Below are positions 45,236-62,970 of a stretch of 64,000 nucleotides of DNA, one piece after another. The stretch covers positions 124,001 to 188,000 of the forward strand of contig NIVC01001558.1 in assembly GCA_002269645.1 (NCBI GenBank), given 5' to 3'. The notes beneath the pieces were generated by a model. That model was not told the DNA's origin. It saw nothing but the letters and a program-made list of their open reading frames with translations, and ran no database searches. The stretch's first letter is position 1, and each line of letters begins with the position of its first letter. The stretch comes from Macrostomum lignano (Eukaryota). The position numbers and the translations under genes are program-made.

Positions 45236-46013
45236 AGTTGAGACGACAACTAATAGCTCGTAGCAACTTATGGCCCATGCGAGAGTGATGCTGCAGTGAT
45301 GACGTCAGATTCAGAGCTACAATTACGTAGCCTTAGGGGTCGAGCGCAGAAGTGTCTGGTACAGGCCGGCACATAAACTTAGAGACCGTTTGGTCTCGAA
45401 TAAAACTTTTATGGAAAATTATAAATCTTCGTACTACAGAGTTTTCCAATGGTGCACTGCCATTGAATCCGGAACCTGTAACTTATTTTTTATTATAGTA
45501 GACAAGGCAGCTAGGAAGTCAATTCATGCAAATTATGAGTTGACTAATATTTATTTGGAGCTGTACAGCAGTTTCAAAAGGGTAAACTCACATAGTGAAT
45601 TGTTAAACACTATAATAGCAATCTTACTAGAAGCGATAACACTTTGGGCAAGAGTAGAATAGGCAAAAACTTAGCAAGAAAAATCCTGAACCATGTTAGA
45701 TGTACGATTGCATGTATTGACTGAAGGTTGGAATCAACTGAACGAAAATTTAATATTGTTTTTACTTGGACTATTGCGTTCTCTATGAATCAATGACAGT
45801 AAATAATCAAGAAAATTTTTAAAAGCTAATATTTTGTGGATGAGAAGAGTAAGCTCTGCTTTTACAGAGGATGGAAACATGTTTAAAAGCAGCCAAGGAG
45901 AGAAATGAGCCACGTTTGAGGGGGAGATTCCAAAGAAAAAACCAGCAATTTCTGCAACCGACTCTGTTATTAAATGATTTAAAACAAGTTTGTTAAAACT
46001 ATCCTACGTTGAT

Positions 46014-50232
<4,219 letters not shown>

Positions 50233-51869
50233 TGTATCGGAAGGCCGGCCTGACTTCCCTGCGCGGAGTTGAGGTGGGCAAAACTGCAATAGCTAGCTGG
50301 GACAGTGGAGACAGTGAGTTAGGACAGAGCCGGGTTGACTCTGCATTCGTGCGCGAGACGGGGCGGGAAGGCATGAGGGAGCGTGTCTGGGGCCAGCCGA
50401 CAGCTCGGAAGGTCTTGGGCTCGGCTCGCATATTGATTTTCTTCTTTCTAGTGGGTCCTCGCAGCGCTGCGTCTATCTCAACCGCCTCTTTGAAAAGCAC
50501 GAGTGCGTGATACTCTCCCACTGACCAACTGTTTCGGCCCGCCGGCCCCGCAGCAATGGTAGCAAAGGGCAGCAATTTAAAAATGAAGCTCCACGAGTCG
50601 AGCTCTTGTCTAACTTCTAGCATTTCATTCCCAGTGTTTCCACTCATGGCACCCCAGTGCCCAACTCAGGTTTCTTCAGTAACAATGTTCGAGAATAAGA
50701 GTAAAATTCTTATTCACTCTTGCATATTAGTGGGTCCCAATTGGGTAATTCTGTCTTTTTTTATTCTGTTGTTGACTTCAAAGACGCTTTAGCCAGTGTG
50801 GAAAGTCTGACTGAGTAAATATCGATACGCAACTTGTCCTCAGAAAATTTCTACACTTCCAGACTGACAACAAGCATTCAGTTTGATGAAATATTTAACT
50901 CTATTTGTCTATTTAACAGTTATTGTAGAGCAATTTAACTCAATATTGCAGTCATTGATTACGCTCTAGCCAATGCTCCGTTCGAATGCGGAACTTGAGC
51001 TATTTGAGCTAAACACGAACAACTTTGGAAAAAGCGGGTTGGCTGTGGAAAAGCCTCATAATGAGAATCCTGGAACAGAATGCATTGAAGAAGCGCAGCT
51101 GAGCTTTAATCGCGGGTTCCGGAAGTGAATCAGCGGTTACAGCACCCGGCACTCGCACCAAAGTACATGTATCTGGACTCGTATCCGTGCTCGCTCCATT
51201 CAACAATTATTATTATTCGAAGTACACGCAGTTATCTGCTCCAGCTTACCCTTGGGCAGCAATAACGAGTTGTGAAGACTTGCTCAGCAGTTGCAGTCAG
51301 AGTTCTAAGAAAACAAGAGGCATCAAATCAAATGTTGAGCCTAGTTGCAGTGCCAATAGCCAACAGTACACGAGTTATATGTGTTCCACTCTAGAAATTT
51401 AAGGATATACGAGAGACTCGTAGCTTTGACTCGTTGTTTTGCTCCACGGACAACTCCTAATTTTATTTTCGTTTCTTTTCGTCTCAACTGATCCCAGAAG
51501 CGACAACTCCCAAGGCTTCGGGGTTCGAGGGTTTTCATTTGCACAAACTGAGAGCAGAACTCGAGGCGAAAACTGTTGCATTTTAATCGATTGCCCGTGT
51601 AAGAAGTTGGAAAAGATACACTTGCGTACACGCTAACTGAAGGGTGGAGAATACCCTTCCTCATGGAGAGCACCTTGCGAGAGCCTACAAGAGCTAGTGT
51701 ACCACGAATTGGTGCAGGACCTGTTGCCTAGTCAGAAATAGAACGTCCCAATCACTTTGCCACGTACGAGCGTAGTTATTAGAAATCATTTTCAAATGAG
51801 GATCGCACCAGTACCTGGCGTTGTATGTGCGTAGCTCAAGCTTATTTGAGCATATACAATATATAATGA

Positions 51870-52080
51870 TAACATTCGCATTAGGGCTGTGGGCTCCCTG
51901 ACGCAACGCCTTTAAAGACAACGTCCCACAACGCTGCGGCCATTATGCCCGTTTCCGTTGACTCCTGAGGACATACAATCGCGCACCCTTACACTCGCTC
52001 ACACAGGAGTATACAGCGGCCCAATTTTTCTAACCATCAGGCATGTACACTCTCTGAGTCTTGGGGCTTGGCCCTCAATG
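51870..52080 (-). mobile_element. Putative SINE family B copy (3' part)
   Basis: Reverse complement aligns by eye to 19780-20010. Confidence 0.6.
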
Positions 52081-52363
52081 TGCGAGAATTGCACAAGCCC
52101 CATGTCAAATTCTGGCCACTGAATTGCTCCCAGGTACTTGGCACGAGAGTCAGACAGACGCGTTTACCGATGAGGCGCTCTCTGCTGCTTGCTTCAGTGT
52201 TGTCTTTCCCTGTTGCTCTTTTAAAAAAATTTTCGACGACTGCCTAAGTAGTATTTTATTGATGCTTGACTCATGACCTTGCTTTCTTACAAAATCAGGA
52301 ACAATAAAAGCACTACTGACTACTGGAAGAAGCAAATTAAGCATAATAAATAATAATTTATTT

Positions 52364-52607
52364 CACCTGCCCCAATGGCCAGATGTGCAACCGACAGCTC
52401 AGCCGCAGCTATTGCGCGGCGCATCTGATGGCTGCGTACGGCTGTTCAGTCTAAGGACTGGGGGGTCGCCACACACCCTCAATTACCCCAGCTAATGCTG
52501 GCACCCATTCTACAGCTGGGTGAACTGAAGCAATGCAGAGTTAAGTGGATCAAGAATCGAACCCCCGACCTTTCAGTTGTGAGTCAGACACTCTAACCAC
52601 TAGGCTA
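52364..52607 (-). mobile_element. SINE family A copy with internal deletion
   Basis: Same consensus but lacks the ~30-bp GTCTTGCTCAAGGACACAAATTGTTCC block. Confidence 0.85.
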
Positions 52608-53086
52608 GAACCCCTTAAGCTTAAGTAGTCTATTGAATATCGCTCGTCAGGCCTAGGCTTGCACTACATGTATAGTAGCATACAGGAAGCATATAAGCAA
52701 ATTTTAGTCAGAAGTGCTGCTGTATTATTGGTGGCTGTGCATGTGCAGTCAGCATCGAAGTCTGATCTATTGAGCTCAAACTAAGCATTTTTAACAAACT
52801 TTGCAACTCGCAACAGAGCTGATTGTCTTCAACCGAAACTGAAGGCTGGTATATTTTTGCAGAGTTTGTACTGAGACAGAACAGGTGAATTGAGCAGCTG
52901 GACTGATGCCGATAAGCTACTGGCTTGAATGGGTGAGAAAAATGGTACGATGCAACTGCTTCTTCGCTGCACATACACGTATGATTTGTACAATGAACAT
53001 TTCAGACATCATCAAAACTGCACTTGAAAGAGTGAATTCGGCTTCCGCTGTTTAATTTTGTTGTTTAGATAGAAAAGTTTGTCGCC

Positions 53087-56000
53087 TCAAACAAAGCTGG
53101 CTTCGGTGTAGGGGCTGAAGCTTGGGTAATGCTGCTGCTTCCCAGGAGACGCCTTGTTCCCGTCGACGCAAAGACCTGACGGTGGCGGCGGCGGCGGCGG
53201 CTGCGGCGGCTGTACTGGCAGAGCAACCTCTTCGCCGCAATCTCCGGCCTGTCCGGTCTGACCAGCGGCGGCACCTTTGATCTCGTAGTACATGTGCAGG
53301 CCGGTGTTGTACAGCTTGGCGCTGTCGCCGGTTCTGCGGCCCAATCGGACGCCTGTCGTGTCCAGCGGCTGGTAGTCCTGCACCTGCTTGCGATCGGCCT
53401 CCAAGCCGATGCTGCCAGCTGTAGATGGGCGGAATGACACATTTTATCGGTTTTATTCGTTTGTTTGGTAAGTCAAGCAGTAGTTATTATCGCATTTTAG
53501 CGTCCGAATTTGTTTGAATAGCTCAGTCATTGCAACCACTACCGCTCATTTGAGTATTAAATTAGACAGACTGAAATATGAGCTTAAAGCGTAGCCAATA
53601 GAAACGAACCAAACTCACCTGGGCCGGGGCTGGTGGTGCAGTACCGGGCATCTCGTCCGGTCGTGCGGTAGCCGTAGGCACCGGCTGATGTTGTCGGCTT
53701 CAGCTGAAGATTCGCATTGTAGGTGCAGAAGTCCTCCTGTGTGAGTCGCAGGGATGGTCTTCTGCTGTGCTCATTGTGACTATGTGCATAGTTCAGCCCT
53801 AGCATCAGTTTGCTGTGCTCATTGTGACTGTGTGCATAGTTCAGCCCTAGCATCAGTTTGCTGTGCTCATTGTGACTGTGTGCATAGTTCAGCCCTAGCA
53901 TCAGTTTGCTGTGCTCATTGTGACTGTGTGTGCATAGTTCAGCCCTAACATCAGTTTGCTGTGCTCATTGTGACTGTGTGCATAGTTCAGCCCTAGCATC
54001 AGTTTGCTGTGCTCATTGTGACTATGTGTGCATAGTTCAGCCCTAGCATCAGTTTGCTGTGCTCATTGTGACTGTGTGCATAGTTCAGCCCTAGCATCAG
54101 TTTGCTGTGCTCATTGTGACTGTGTGTGCATAGTGCAGTCCTAGCATCAATTTGCTGTGCTCATTGTGTGTGCATAGTGCAGCCCTAGCATCAGTTTGCT
54201 GTGCTCATTGTGACTGTGTGCATAGTTCAGCCCTAGCATCAGTTTGCTGTGCTCATTGTGACTGTGTGTGCATAGTTCAGCCCTAGCATCAGTTTGCTGT
54301 GCTCATTGTGACTGTGTGCATAGTTCAGCCCTAGCATCAGTTTGCTGTGCTCATTGTGACTGTGTGTGCATAGTGCAGTCCTAGCATCAATTTGCTGTGC
54401 TCATTGTGTGTGCATAGTGCAGCCCTAGCATCAGTTTGCTGTGCTCATTGTGACTGTGTGAATAGTTCAGCCCTAGCATCAGTTTGCTGTGCTCATTGTG
54501 ACTGTGTGTGCATAGTGCAGTCCTAGCATCAATTTGCTGTGCTCATTGTGTGTGCATAGTTCAGCCCTAGCATCAATTTGCTGTGCTCATTGTGACTGTG
54601 TGCATAGTTCAGCCCTAGCATCAGTTTGCTGTGCTCATTGTGACTGTGTGTGCATAGTGCAGTCCTAGCATCAGTTTTGCTGTGCTCATTGTGTGTGCAT
54701 AGTGCAGCCCTAGCATCAGTTTAAAGTAAATACCCAAATGCATGAATCTAAAATCAAGGCATAAAAAGTAGCGAATCGAAAATTCCCAGCCCGGCTAAAG
54801 TCTCCCAGCCGGACACAGATAGCACGTCGGTCTCTCCTCTTTCCTTCTCATTCTCTTAGTTTCAGCTCACCCCTCCGGGCAAGGGACTCGAGGCCACCGG
54901 AGGCTGGGATGTGGAAATAGGGACCGATCAGGTCGGATGGGGCCCGGGGAGGCTGGGAGCGAACGAGAGAGGCGGGATAGATGGGAACGGCGAATGTTGA
55001 GACCTTGGCAATCAGATTATGAGCCGGGCACTGTCCCAGGCCCCCTTCCCACTCTCCTCTTCAGTAGATTGCCTTCGCCCCTCTGGCTGTCTCTTTTGCT
55101 CTATTGCTGCTTTTGTAAGGCTTGAACTCCGCGGCTCCGGGCCCGGGCTTCATCATTCCGAAACAGCCTCTCCGCCCTCCTCACTTTTGCCGATCTCGGG
55201 AAGCGATAAAGCGACGGAAGGATGAAGGGACTTAGGCAGAGAGGATGCACGTAGGGATATTTCGCGGAAATATAATCCCCAATATAATATTTTCCAGAAA
55301 TAAACAAATTATGTTTATTTATGTTTATTTTCCCATTTTTTCGGCCGGTGCATCCAAATTGGATAAATTATTTGGCTTCTGACTCGATGTTCAGATTCTT
55401 CCCCAATGAATTATTGCTCAGAAAGTTTCAGAAGTTACTATCACGAGCAGCTACGAATTAGGGTATCCATGCACCGTCGCATTTCTCAATCCCCAGCGTG
55501 TCAAAGGGCGTCTCACCTCTCCGCTGAAGTCTTTGTACGCAGGCGGCATGTCATACGAGCCGGATATCATTTTCACGTCCGCGTGCTCAGCATCTGAAAG
55601 GCGATTATTGTAAATCACATATTTATTAACGTTGGTTTCAGTTAGCAAATTCAATGAGTAGGGAGGCTACCAGAACACCCAGTTTCTGATTGACAGAAAT
55701 ACTAAACATTTTCGAATGGTCAAGGCACACCACTCTACCCACTGTTCTACCCTACCCACTGCTCTATCTACCCACTGCTCTACCCACCCACTGCTCTATC
55801 TACCCACCGCTCTACCCAACCACTGCTCTACCCACCCACTGCTCTACCTACCCACCGCTCTACCCACCCACTGCTCTACCTACCCACTGCTCTACCCTCC
55901 TACTAAATGCACTAGCAATACTGCTTGAGATGTAAGGGCCCAGCGCCTCCATGAAGCACATGTAAACGCTCAGCAATCAGCAATAAATCACTCCTTTATG

Positions 56001-59000
56001 CATAATGTCGTTCTAGATTTCTAATCCGACTTGGTGGAGCTTCCTATAGTTTTCTTAACTTTAAGAGAGTCTGACTGATTCGGGAAAGCTTCTTAGCAAA
56101 AGTGTGAGAGGCTCAGGCTAGCCCTATCGCTAGCCGAGAAGCACTTTGCAGAAATCTGAGCGACACTAAAGAGCCGAACTCCTGTGTCTGCAGCTCCGAC
56201 TCTCGGCCGCCTCCCCATCGCAGCACAACTCACTCAGTCGCTAATGAGAGCTGACTCTCCCTGTCTCAGACTCCGCCAAGCCGCGCCCATCCCAGCGGCA
56301 CTGCTGTCCCCCCCCCCTGGAGCCGCGGTTCGAGTCTCAAGCTTCAATTCGGAACCCGGCTATTTTTTCATCGTCTCGAAAGCGAAATGAGTTGCCATGG
56401 GGAAGGGGGTTAGGGAGAAAAAGCAAATGAGAGCCGCACTCGGGGCAGCGGGAGGATAGTTGAAAAAGGCGGGGAGATGCGCTCCGGAATCGATGCAAAA
56501 TCAGCTCGAGAGCTGTCCATCAAAACAAACTCGCTAGCGGCGGCTTGTCCTCAGCTTGCAGTGAATTTTTGTGAATCCGAATAAATTCTGTCTGGCATTC
56601 GCATTCTCTCCACCCTCGTGAATCGTTGAGCTCAAGCAGCTGTCGCTGGGGATGCTGCATGGGAATCCACAGGTGGGGCACCCGGAAATCGAAGGCGATT
56701 CTTGCTCGGCAAGGCGTGAGGACGCACTGTGTGAATATGCTGGACTGGACCACCTTCGAGTCTATCCTGATTACACATAACGCATGTATAATGCATGTAC
56801 CAGGTAAGATTTGACCTAAAATCTATCAAATTGGTCAAGCCTCTCTTGATTGCACACCTGGACCTGTTGTCATAGCAACAGCTGGTTGTCGGCTCTTTTT
56901 GACGTAGACGGAGCGCTTGCGCACAATCAGGCAGACAACGGTGACCGTGGCGATGCCCAGCACCAGGAACATCACCGCCAAGCACACTATCACTATCTCG
57001 TTGCCGAGGCCCTTCCTTCCGCTGTGCTCGCCGCTGTCGCCTCCGCCGCCAGGTGAGCCAGACTCCGTGCCGGAGCCTCCGCCGCGATAGGCAGCGTCGC
57101 GCCGGTCGACAATATGCGCCCGGTACCTGGCCTCCGCCGAGCAGTTGCGCGGCCGGCCGCGGTCGCAGGCACGCAGCACTAGGATGAAGTCCCGCGCCGG
57201 CTGGCTGTGCAGCGCCTTGTTGATGAGCACCAGGCCTGAGCGCCGGTCGACGCTAAACAGATCGTGCACCTCCGCCCTGTTAAGCAGCTCGTAGTCTACC
57301 AGTCTATTGTCGCCCTCGTCTGGGTCCTCCGCCAGCACTTGGCCGATGCTGATTCCAGGCTCCCGCTTCGTGACCTGCAGGGGGTCGGTGTTGGTGGCTT
57401 GGGTGAAGGCAAAGTTGCAGTGAAATTCTCTACTCCAATTGGGTCAATTGGGCCAACCGACAGCTCAGCCCCAGCTATTGCGCGGCGCATCTGAAGGCTG
57501 CGTACGGCTGTACAGTCCAAGGACTAGGGGGTCGCCGCACACACCCTCAACTACCCCAGCTAATGCTGGCACCCATTTTACAGCTGAGTGAACTGAAGCA
57601 ATGCAGAGTCGTGTCTCGTGTCTTGCCCGAGGACACAACTTGTTCCGAGTAAGGTGCAGAGTCGAACATTCGACCTTTCAGTCGTAAGTCCAACGCTCAA
57701 ACCACTAGGCTAAAATCCCTTCTACTTCTACTTCATAATGTAGAAAGGTGTAGAATGTAGAAGGCTGTGGACAAAGACGCTTACATTTCCGAGGTCTTAC
57801 CTGAAACACCTCCGGATGATTGGGCGTCACCCGAAACACCGGCCTGTTGTCGTTTTCATCTTCCACGGTGACCGACACCAAGCAGGTGCCAGTCAGTGCG
57901 CCGTGCCCGGACCTCGGCTGGTCCTCGGCGAGCACGCGAAACGAATAGTGCGCCTGCCGCTCCCGGTCCAGCGGCATTGACGTCTTGATCTCGCCAGTGC
58001 GCCGGTCGACGCTGAAGGCTCGCCAGTCCGCGTCGCCGTCGCGGTCGTCCAGCCGGTAGGCGACTGCGCCGTTTCCCAGCTCCTTCTCGTCCTCGTCCTC
58101 GGCTTCGACGAAGCCGACCGTGCTGTCGGCTGGCCGATTCTCGCGCACCCGCAGTCGGTACTCTGCCTGCCGGCACATCGGCTGACGGTCGTTTGCGTCG
58201 ACCACGCGGACGGTGACCGTGGCAGTGGCGGTCAGTGGTGACTTGCCGCCGTCCGTAACCAGCACTCGCAGCGTGTAGCTGGCCTGCCGTTCTCGATCGA
58301 AGACCACCAGCGGTCTGAGCTGCCCGGTGTCGGCGTTCACCTCGAAAAGTCTGGCAGCCTCCAGGTCGGTGGGATCGAGCGCGAACTGCAGCCGGCTGTT
58401 GTTGCCGATGTCCGCGTCGTGCACGTGATTGCGCACTCGGCCCTGCAGCGGGCGTCGCTCCGCGTCTTCCTCCAGAGCCTGAAGGAAAGTGCGGAACATC
58501 TCTTACACATTGTTTCCTTCCACTGCCTACTAGTTTACACTTTAGTTCGCTAAATGAGCCGTCAACTCACTTGGCAACGCAAAGCATTACAAGCTACTCA
58601 TACGGCAAATTCAGTTCAATGCACTTTTAGCCGGTAAGATTAGCCAACTGAGAAATTGATCAGAGTCGGACTGAAAGCGCCACAAAAGACGCTTTATTGA
58701 TTTAAGAAATCCGCTACTCATTCGTCTAGTGTTTCGTGGAATTTTTGCGCAGAACCTGCCGTAGCTTATCGCTTCAGAGCAGTCACCCTGGAGGTCAATC
58801 AATCTCTCACAGAGTAGCATAGCTACATTTATTAGCGATGCCCTTGAACTAACCCCAGAGCAAAAAGAAGTCCCAAACCTGGAAGACGATTGGTCCATCC
58901 ACCACCGGTGGCGAGTCGTTGACATCCTCGATGGTCACACAGTAGCTGGCGCGGCCTTCCAGACGCTGCGAGTCCCGGCAGACGATGCCGAAGCAGGCCC

Positions 59001-61813
59001 GGGAAGAGACCTCGCGGTCGAACACCCGGTTTGTCACCAGGTCGAATAGCTTCATCTGAAAGAAGCATTGACGGGCGGCATACGAGGACTCAAGCACTGA
59101 GGGCACCAATGCCTTCTATGCGGAAATAATGATGTTGATCAGCCGAGCTGCCAATGCAAAGGACTCAATTAGAAACTATGAAAACAGTCTCTGCCTGCCT
59201 AAAATGGAGAGTAGGCCAGCAATAATTTCGGGTCAAGCGAGAGCTAGGAATCGTTTGATCCGACGGGCCTATTAGTTTGGTGGCTGGACTATCAAAGACA
59301 TATAAAATGAGCCAGTCGTATTGAATTACATCACTCCCCATCTAATTAGGAACAATGCTCTGCAGTTGCTCCGCATGAGCTCATGCAGATGTGCATCATT
59401 GCTCGGTCTCTAATCTTTCACTTGCACCTCTGCACCAAGGATCTGGGCTGGGGGGGTATCTCAACTATGCTCAAAGATCTGGCCTGTCATCTTTTCATTT
59501 TTTGGTCTCTAATTTTAATGCCATCTTCTTTGGTAAGGCTTCTTATCATTCCTAGCCTCTCTGCAAAAGCCAGTGACGCAATAGATATGGCTTCTCTTCA
59601 TTAGTAGTTGAAAGCAGATGTTGACATCGGTGCAACTGGCTTCATTAATCCGTGCCTAATAACTTCTATTTGTATCGCTATTTCTGATGGAGATACACAT
59701 GAATTCATGCCTACTAATGTGTCGAAAGTAAAGAAGAGTTATTTTTTCTACGGACCGATACACTTCAACGACTGCTCAATAGAACGTAGACGAAACGGTT
59801 GAACTCATGCCCATAACTTTGTAGCGAGATTCTTGTCTCCCCGGAGGCTTGACTTTGCTGTCCAATTATCGAGTAGCGCTTTGCAATTTTGCACCGGGCA
59901 ATTTAAATAATGATTGCAAGGCTGTTGTACGCACAGACCGTCAATTCGTGATTTGACGCGTGGGGAAAACTGAGGAGAGCATAGCCGATTTTTGCAATCA
60001 GAGCACCGTTAAAAGGGCCTCTGCGATGCTCCATGATTTTTTAGATTAAAGCCATTGCACCCTTTCTCTGCCTCCTTTTCTTTCTGCAAATCGATTCTTG
60101 GAAATGAGAATGAAGGGTCAGAGGGAGCACATGAAGCAATCTCATAATCCCCTCGGGAGACAACTCGGCATTGACGGCCCGTTGTCCCCATGGAGGAGAA
60201 GGGAATTCAGCTTTCAGAACAAAAAATATAGGGGCCTAAAAACGCAATTCTGCGTGCAAATAACTGCGGGCTGACAGATTAAAACAGAGAAAACGGTGCT
60301 GTTTTCAGAGATTCAAGCGATCCTTGGCTATCACAAGAATTAGCTCTGCCCGCACTGACTCAGCACGACTGTTTTCGCTTGATTGAGCGTTTATCATTTT
60401 TTCAAAGAAACGATTTCTTAATTAACTTCAGTTTTTCATGAGTAGAAAAAATTCCTCTTTATTTTCTGGTTTTTGCAATTGATTGATTTCAATAGCTATT
60501 CTTGTGGATTAGGCTGAGATGCGAAACCTGTTCAGCTATTCGGAATGATCTACCTGTGAATCCAAAGTTGAGAAAATCAGATAGCTTGCTGCATTGGGTG
60601 GGATAGCCTAAAAAGAGCTCCTAAGAATGGAAGACTCCCAGGCATTTCAGCGAGGGAAAGCTCTGAAAGCTCACTGACTCTTCCTTACCGTGGAATCGGT
60701 GGGTGCCGATGATCCGTAGTTGACACTGGAGGACAGCAGAATAAAAGGCACCTCTTGCCCGTGCTCGCTCAGGCCTCCAACCTGCAGGTGCGAAGGCGGC
60801 TGATTGTCACTCAGAACGGTCTCACACTGGACATGGTCGCCCGTGTCCAGGTCGCGAACAATGACCTCGGCAATCTTGCTTCTCAGCGCCAGGTTCTCTG
60901 GAATGCTTGGCGCTGATGGGCTGGCAGTGCATCCAGACGGCAGGAAGCAGGTCTCGATGGTGGGCGCTTCGTCGACTCTGTCCAGCACCGAAATGCTGAC
61001 GGTGGCTGTGGCCGTTTTGCGGTACTCCTTGTCGCGAGCATTATCCCTGGCAATCACCTGCAAAAGCAAATCGAATTTTTGCTAATTTTAATTCGCAAAC
61101 GTGTTTGTTCAGTTGGAATATTTCATTTCCTGAGAGTTGCACGTACCTCAAACAGAAAGTACTTCTTGCTCATTCGATCATAGTCTAGCGGTTTGCGAAT
61201 GATGATTCTGCCGTTTGCCAGCACGGCCAGGTACTGCCTGGCCACCTGCTGGTCCTCGCCGGCCGTGGCAGCGAAGTCGTAAACAACGGTGCCGTAGTCG
61301 CCGGAGTCCCTGTCCGTGGCTTGCAGCTGCAGCACTTCGCTGTTCACCACCTCGTTCTCGTAGATCGGCTTGGGAGGCGTGTAGAAGGCGCGGTCGAACT
61401 CGGGCGCGTGATCGTTCACGTCGATGATGATCACCTGCAGCATGATGGAGCCAGTGAGCGGCGGGTGTCCCTCGTCGATTGCCACGAGGCTCATGTTGTA
61501 CGAATCCTTCTCCTCTCGGTCGATAATTCGCGACGTCTCCAGTGACAGTCGGTTGTCCTCCGCCGTCTGCTTCAGCGAGAATGGCGCACCAAGGTTGTTC
61601 AGCTTATAGCGAACTCTGCCGTTCTTGCCCAGGTCTTTGTCTACCGCGTTGAGGATAAATTTGTTCTTGCCGGGCCCATCGCCGTCGAGGAATTCGACCC
61701 GAATGACATTGCCAGCCACTGGCCAGCTTGGTTGTTCATCGTTGATGTCATTGATGAGAACAAGCACGTCCACCTTCTGGCTCAGTGAGTCCTGGTAGAT
61801 GGAGAACTCGTTC
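53087..61813 (-). CDS. Non-clustered (delta1-like, 7 EC) protocadherin; EC1 exon not found in window
   Basis: Exons 61813-61147, 61057-60782, ~59120-58879, 58478-57801, 57374-~56865, 55593-~55460, ~53765-53619, 53418-53087. Cadherin linkers DINDEQP, DVNDHAP, DRVDEAP, DVNDSPP, DANDRQP, DENDNRP; DRE motifs; TM EIVIVCLAVMFLVLGIATVTVVCLIV; C-terminus EASFV (class I PDZ ligand). Confidence 0.9.
53753..54722. repeat. ~48-bp minisatellite x~20 (44/48/50-bp variants) abutting a protocadherin splice acceptor
   Basis: Unit CTGTGCTCATTGTGACTGTGTGCATAGTTCAGCCCTAGCATCAGTTTG. Confidence 0.95.
55730..55905. repeat. C-rich minisatellite (CCACTGCTCTAC / CTACCCA units)
   Basis: Direct inspection. Confidence 0.85.
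57445..57712 (-). mobile_element. SINE family A copy, protocadherin intron
   Basis: Same consensus. Confidence 0.85.
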
Positions 61814-61948
61814 CTGCAATAATGGATCCACCGTCTGGTCAGAAACTACTTAAGTCTCTCAGAATCAAATAAGAAGCAATATCTGTCTCATATTCACAGT
61901 AATATTTTGGGTCCATCTAGGAACCACCAGGAGTATAACTTTCTAGGT

Positions 61949-62452
61949 CAGGGGTCGGCAAACTCTGGCGCCCCATGCGGCCCGCGGTCCGTTGAAACTT
62001 CACAATAGCAATCCGGCCCGCTCAATGCTTTTGTCTCTTCTCTCCTCTCTCCCCTCTGCACCTCTCCCCTCTCTCCTCTCCACCCACTCCCCTCTCTCCA
62101 CTCCCCTCTCTCCTCTCTCTCCCTATCTCCCCTCTCCTCTCTCTCCCCCCTATCTCCCCTCTCCCCTCTCTCTTCTCCCCCTCTCTCCTCTCTTCTCTCT
62201 CTGCTCTCTCCCCTCTGTCTCCTCTCTCCCCTCTATTCTCCCACCTCGCTTCTCCCCCTCTCTCCTCTCTCCACTCTCTCCCTCTCTTCTCTCTCCTCTT
62301 TATCTCCCCTCTCTCTTCTCTCCCTTCTCTCGTCTCTCCCCTCTTTTCTCATCTTGTCTCGTTTCTTATCTCCTTTATTCCCTCTCCTTTCCTCTCTAAT
62401 TTAGGCCGTAGCCATGAGCTGGATTCTCAGCTGGATTCTGAGCTGACCCCTG
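61949..62452 (+). mobile_element. hAT MITE copy
   Basis: CAGGGGTCGGCAAAC ... GCTGACCCCTG; 8-bp flanks TTCTAGGT / CTCTAGGA (6/8), resembling the NTCTAGAN target preference of Charlie-type hATs. Confidence 0.8.
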
Positions 62453-62932
62453 CTCTAGGAGTATACTTCGATTGACTGTTGCAATTCACTTCAAATTTCA
62501 TATCACACTACTTTTCGTATGGCTTGGTTCAACAATATCTACATGTAGCTATATCAAGGCAAAAAAAAAACTAGTGCAAACCTACTTATTTTAGCTGAAA
62601 CAATAGCAAATATTGCCGAAATGGGTTCGGGTTATCCCAATCCAGCTGAACAAATCTTTCTGTGGACTGCCATGGGATCTGGTGGGTTCGGTGTATTGGG
62701 AAGAATAATATTGCCAATATTCCTATGATCGAGACACGCAAAAGCAGATGAACTATCAGCGAAAGAGAGCTCTATGACAATGTTGGGCTGTGCTACCAGC
62801 CTTTCAGCATATTACAAGTATCCACCTGTTCTGCCCATGCAACAGGGGGTGAATGCGGGTTGGTCTCTCTCTCTCTCTTACCCTGCTGTTTGCCTCTCTC
62901 AGTGACCACACAGAGGCTTTCACTGGGGTGTA

Positions 62933-62933
<1 letters not shown>

Positions 62934-62965
<32 letters not shown>
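62934..62965. repeat. (GT)n microsatellite
   Basis: Direct inspection. Confidence 0.95.
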
Positions 62966-62970
<5 letters not shown>

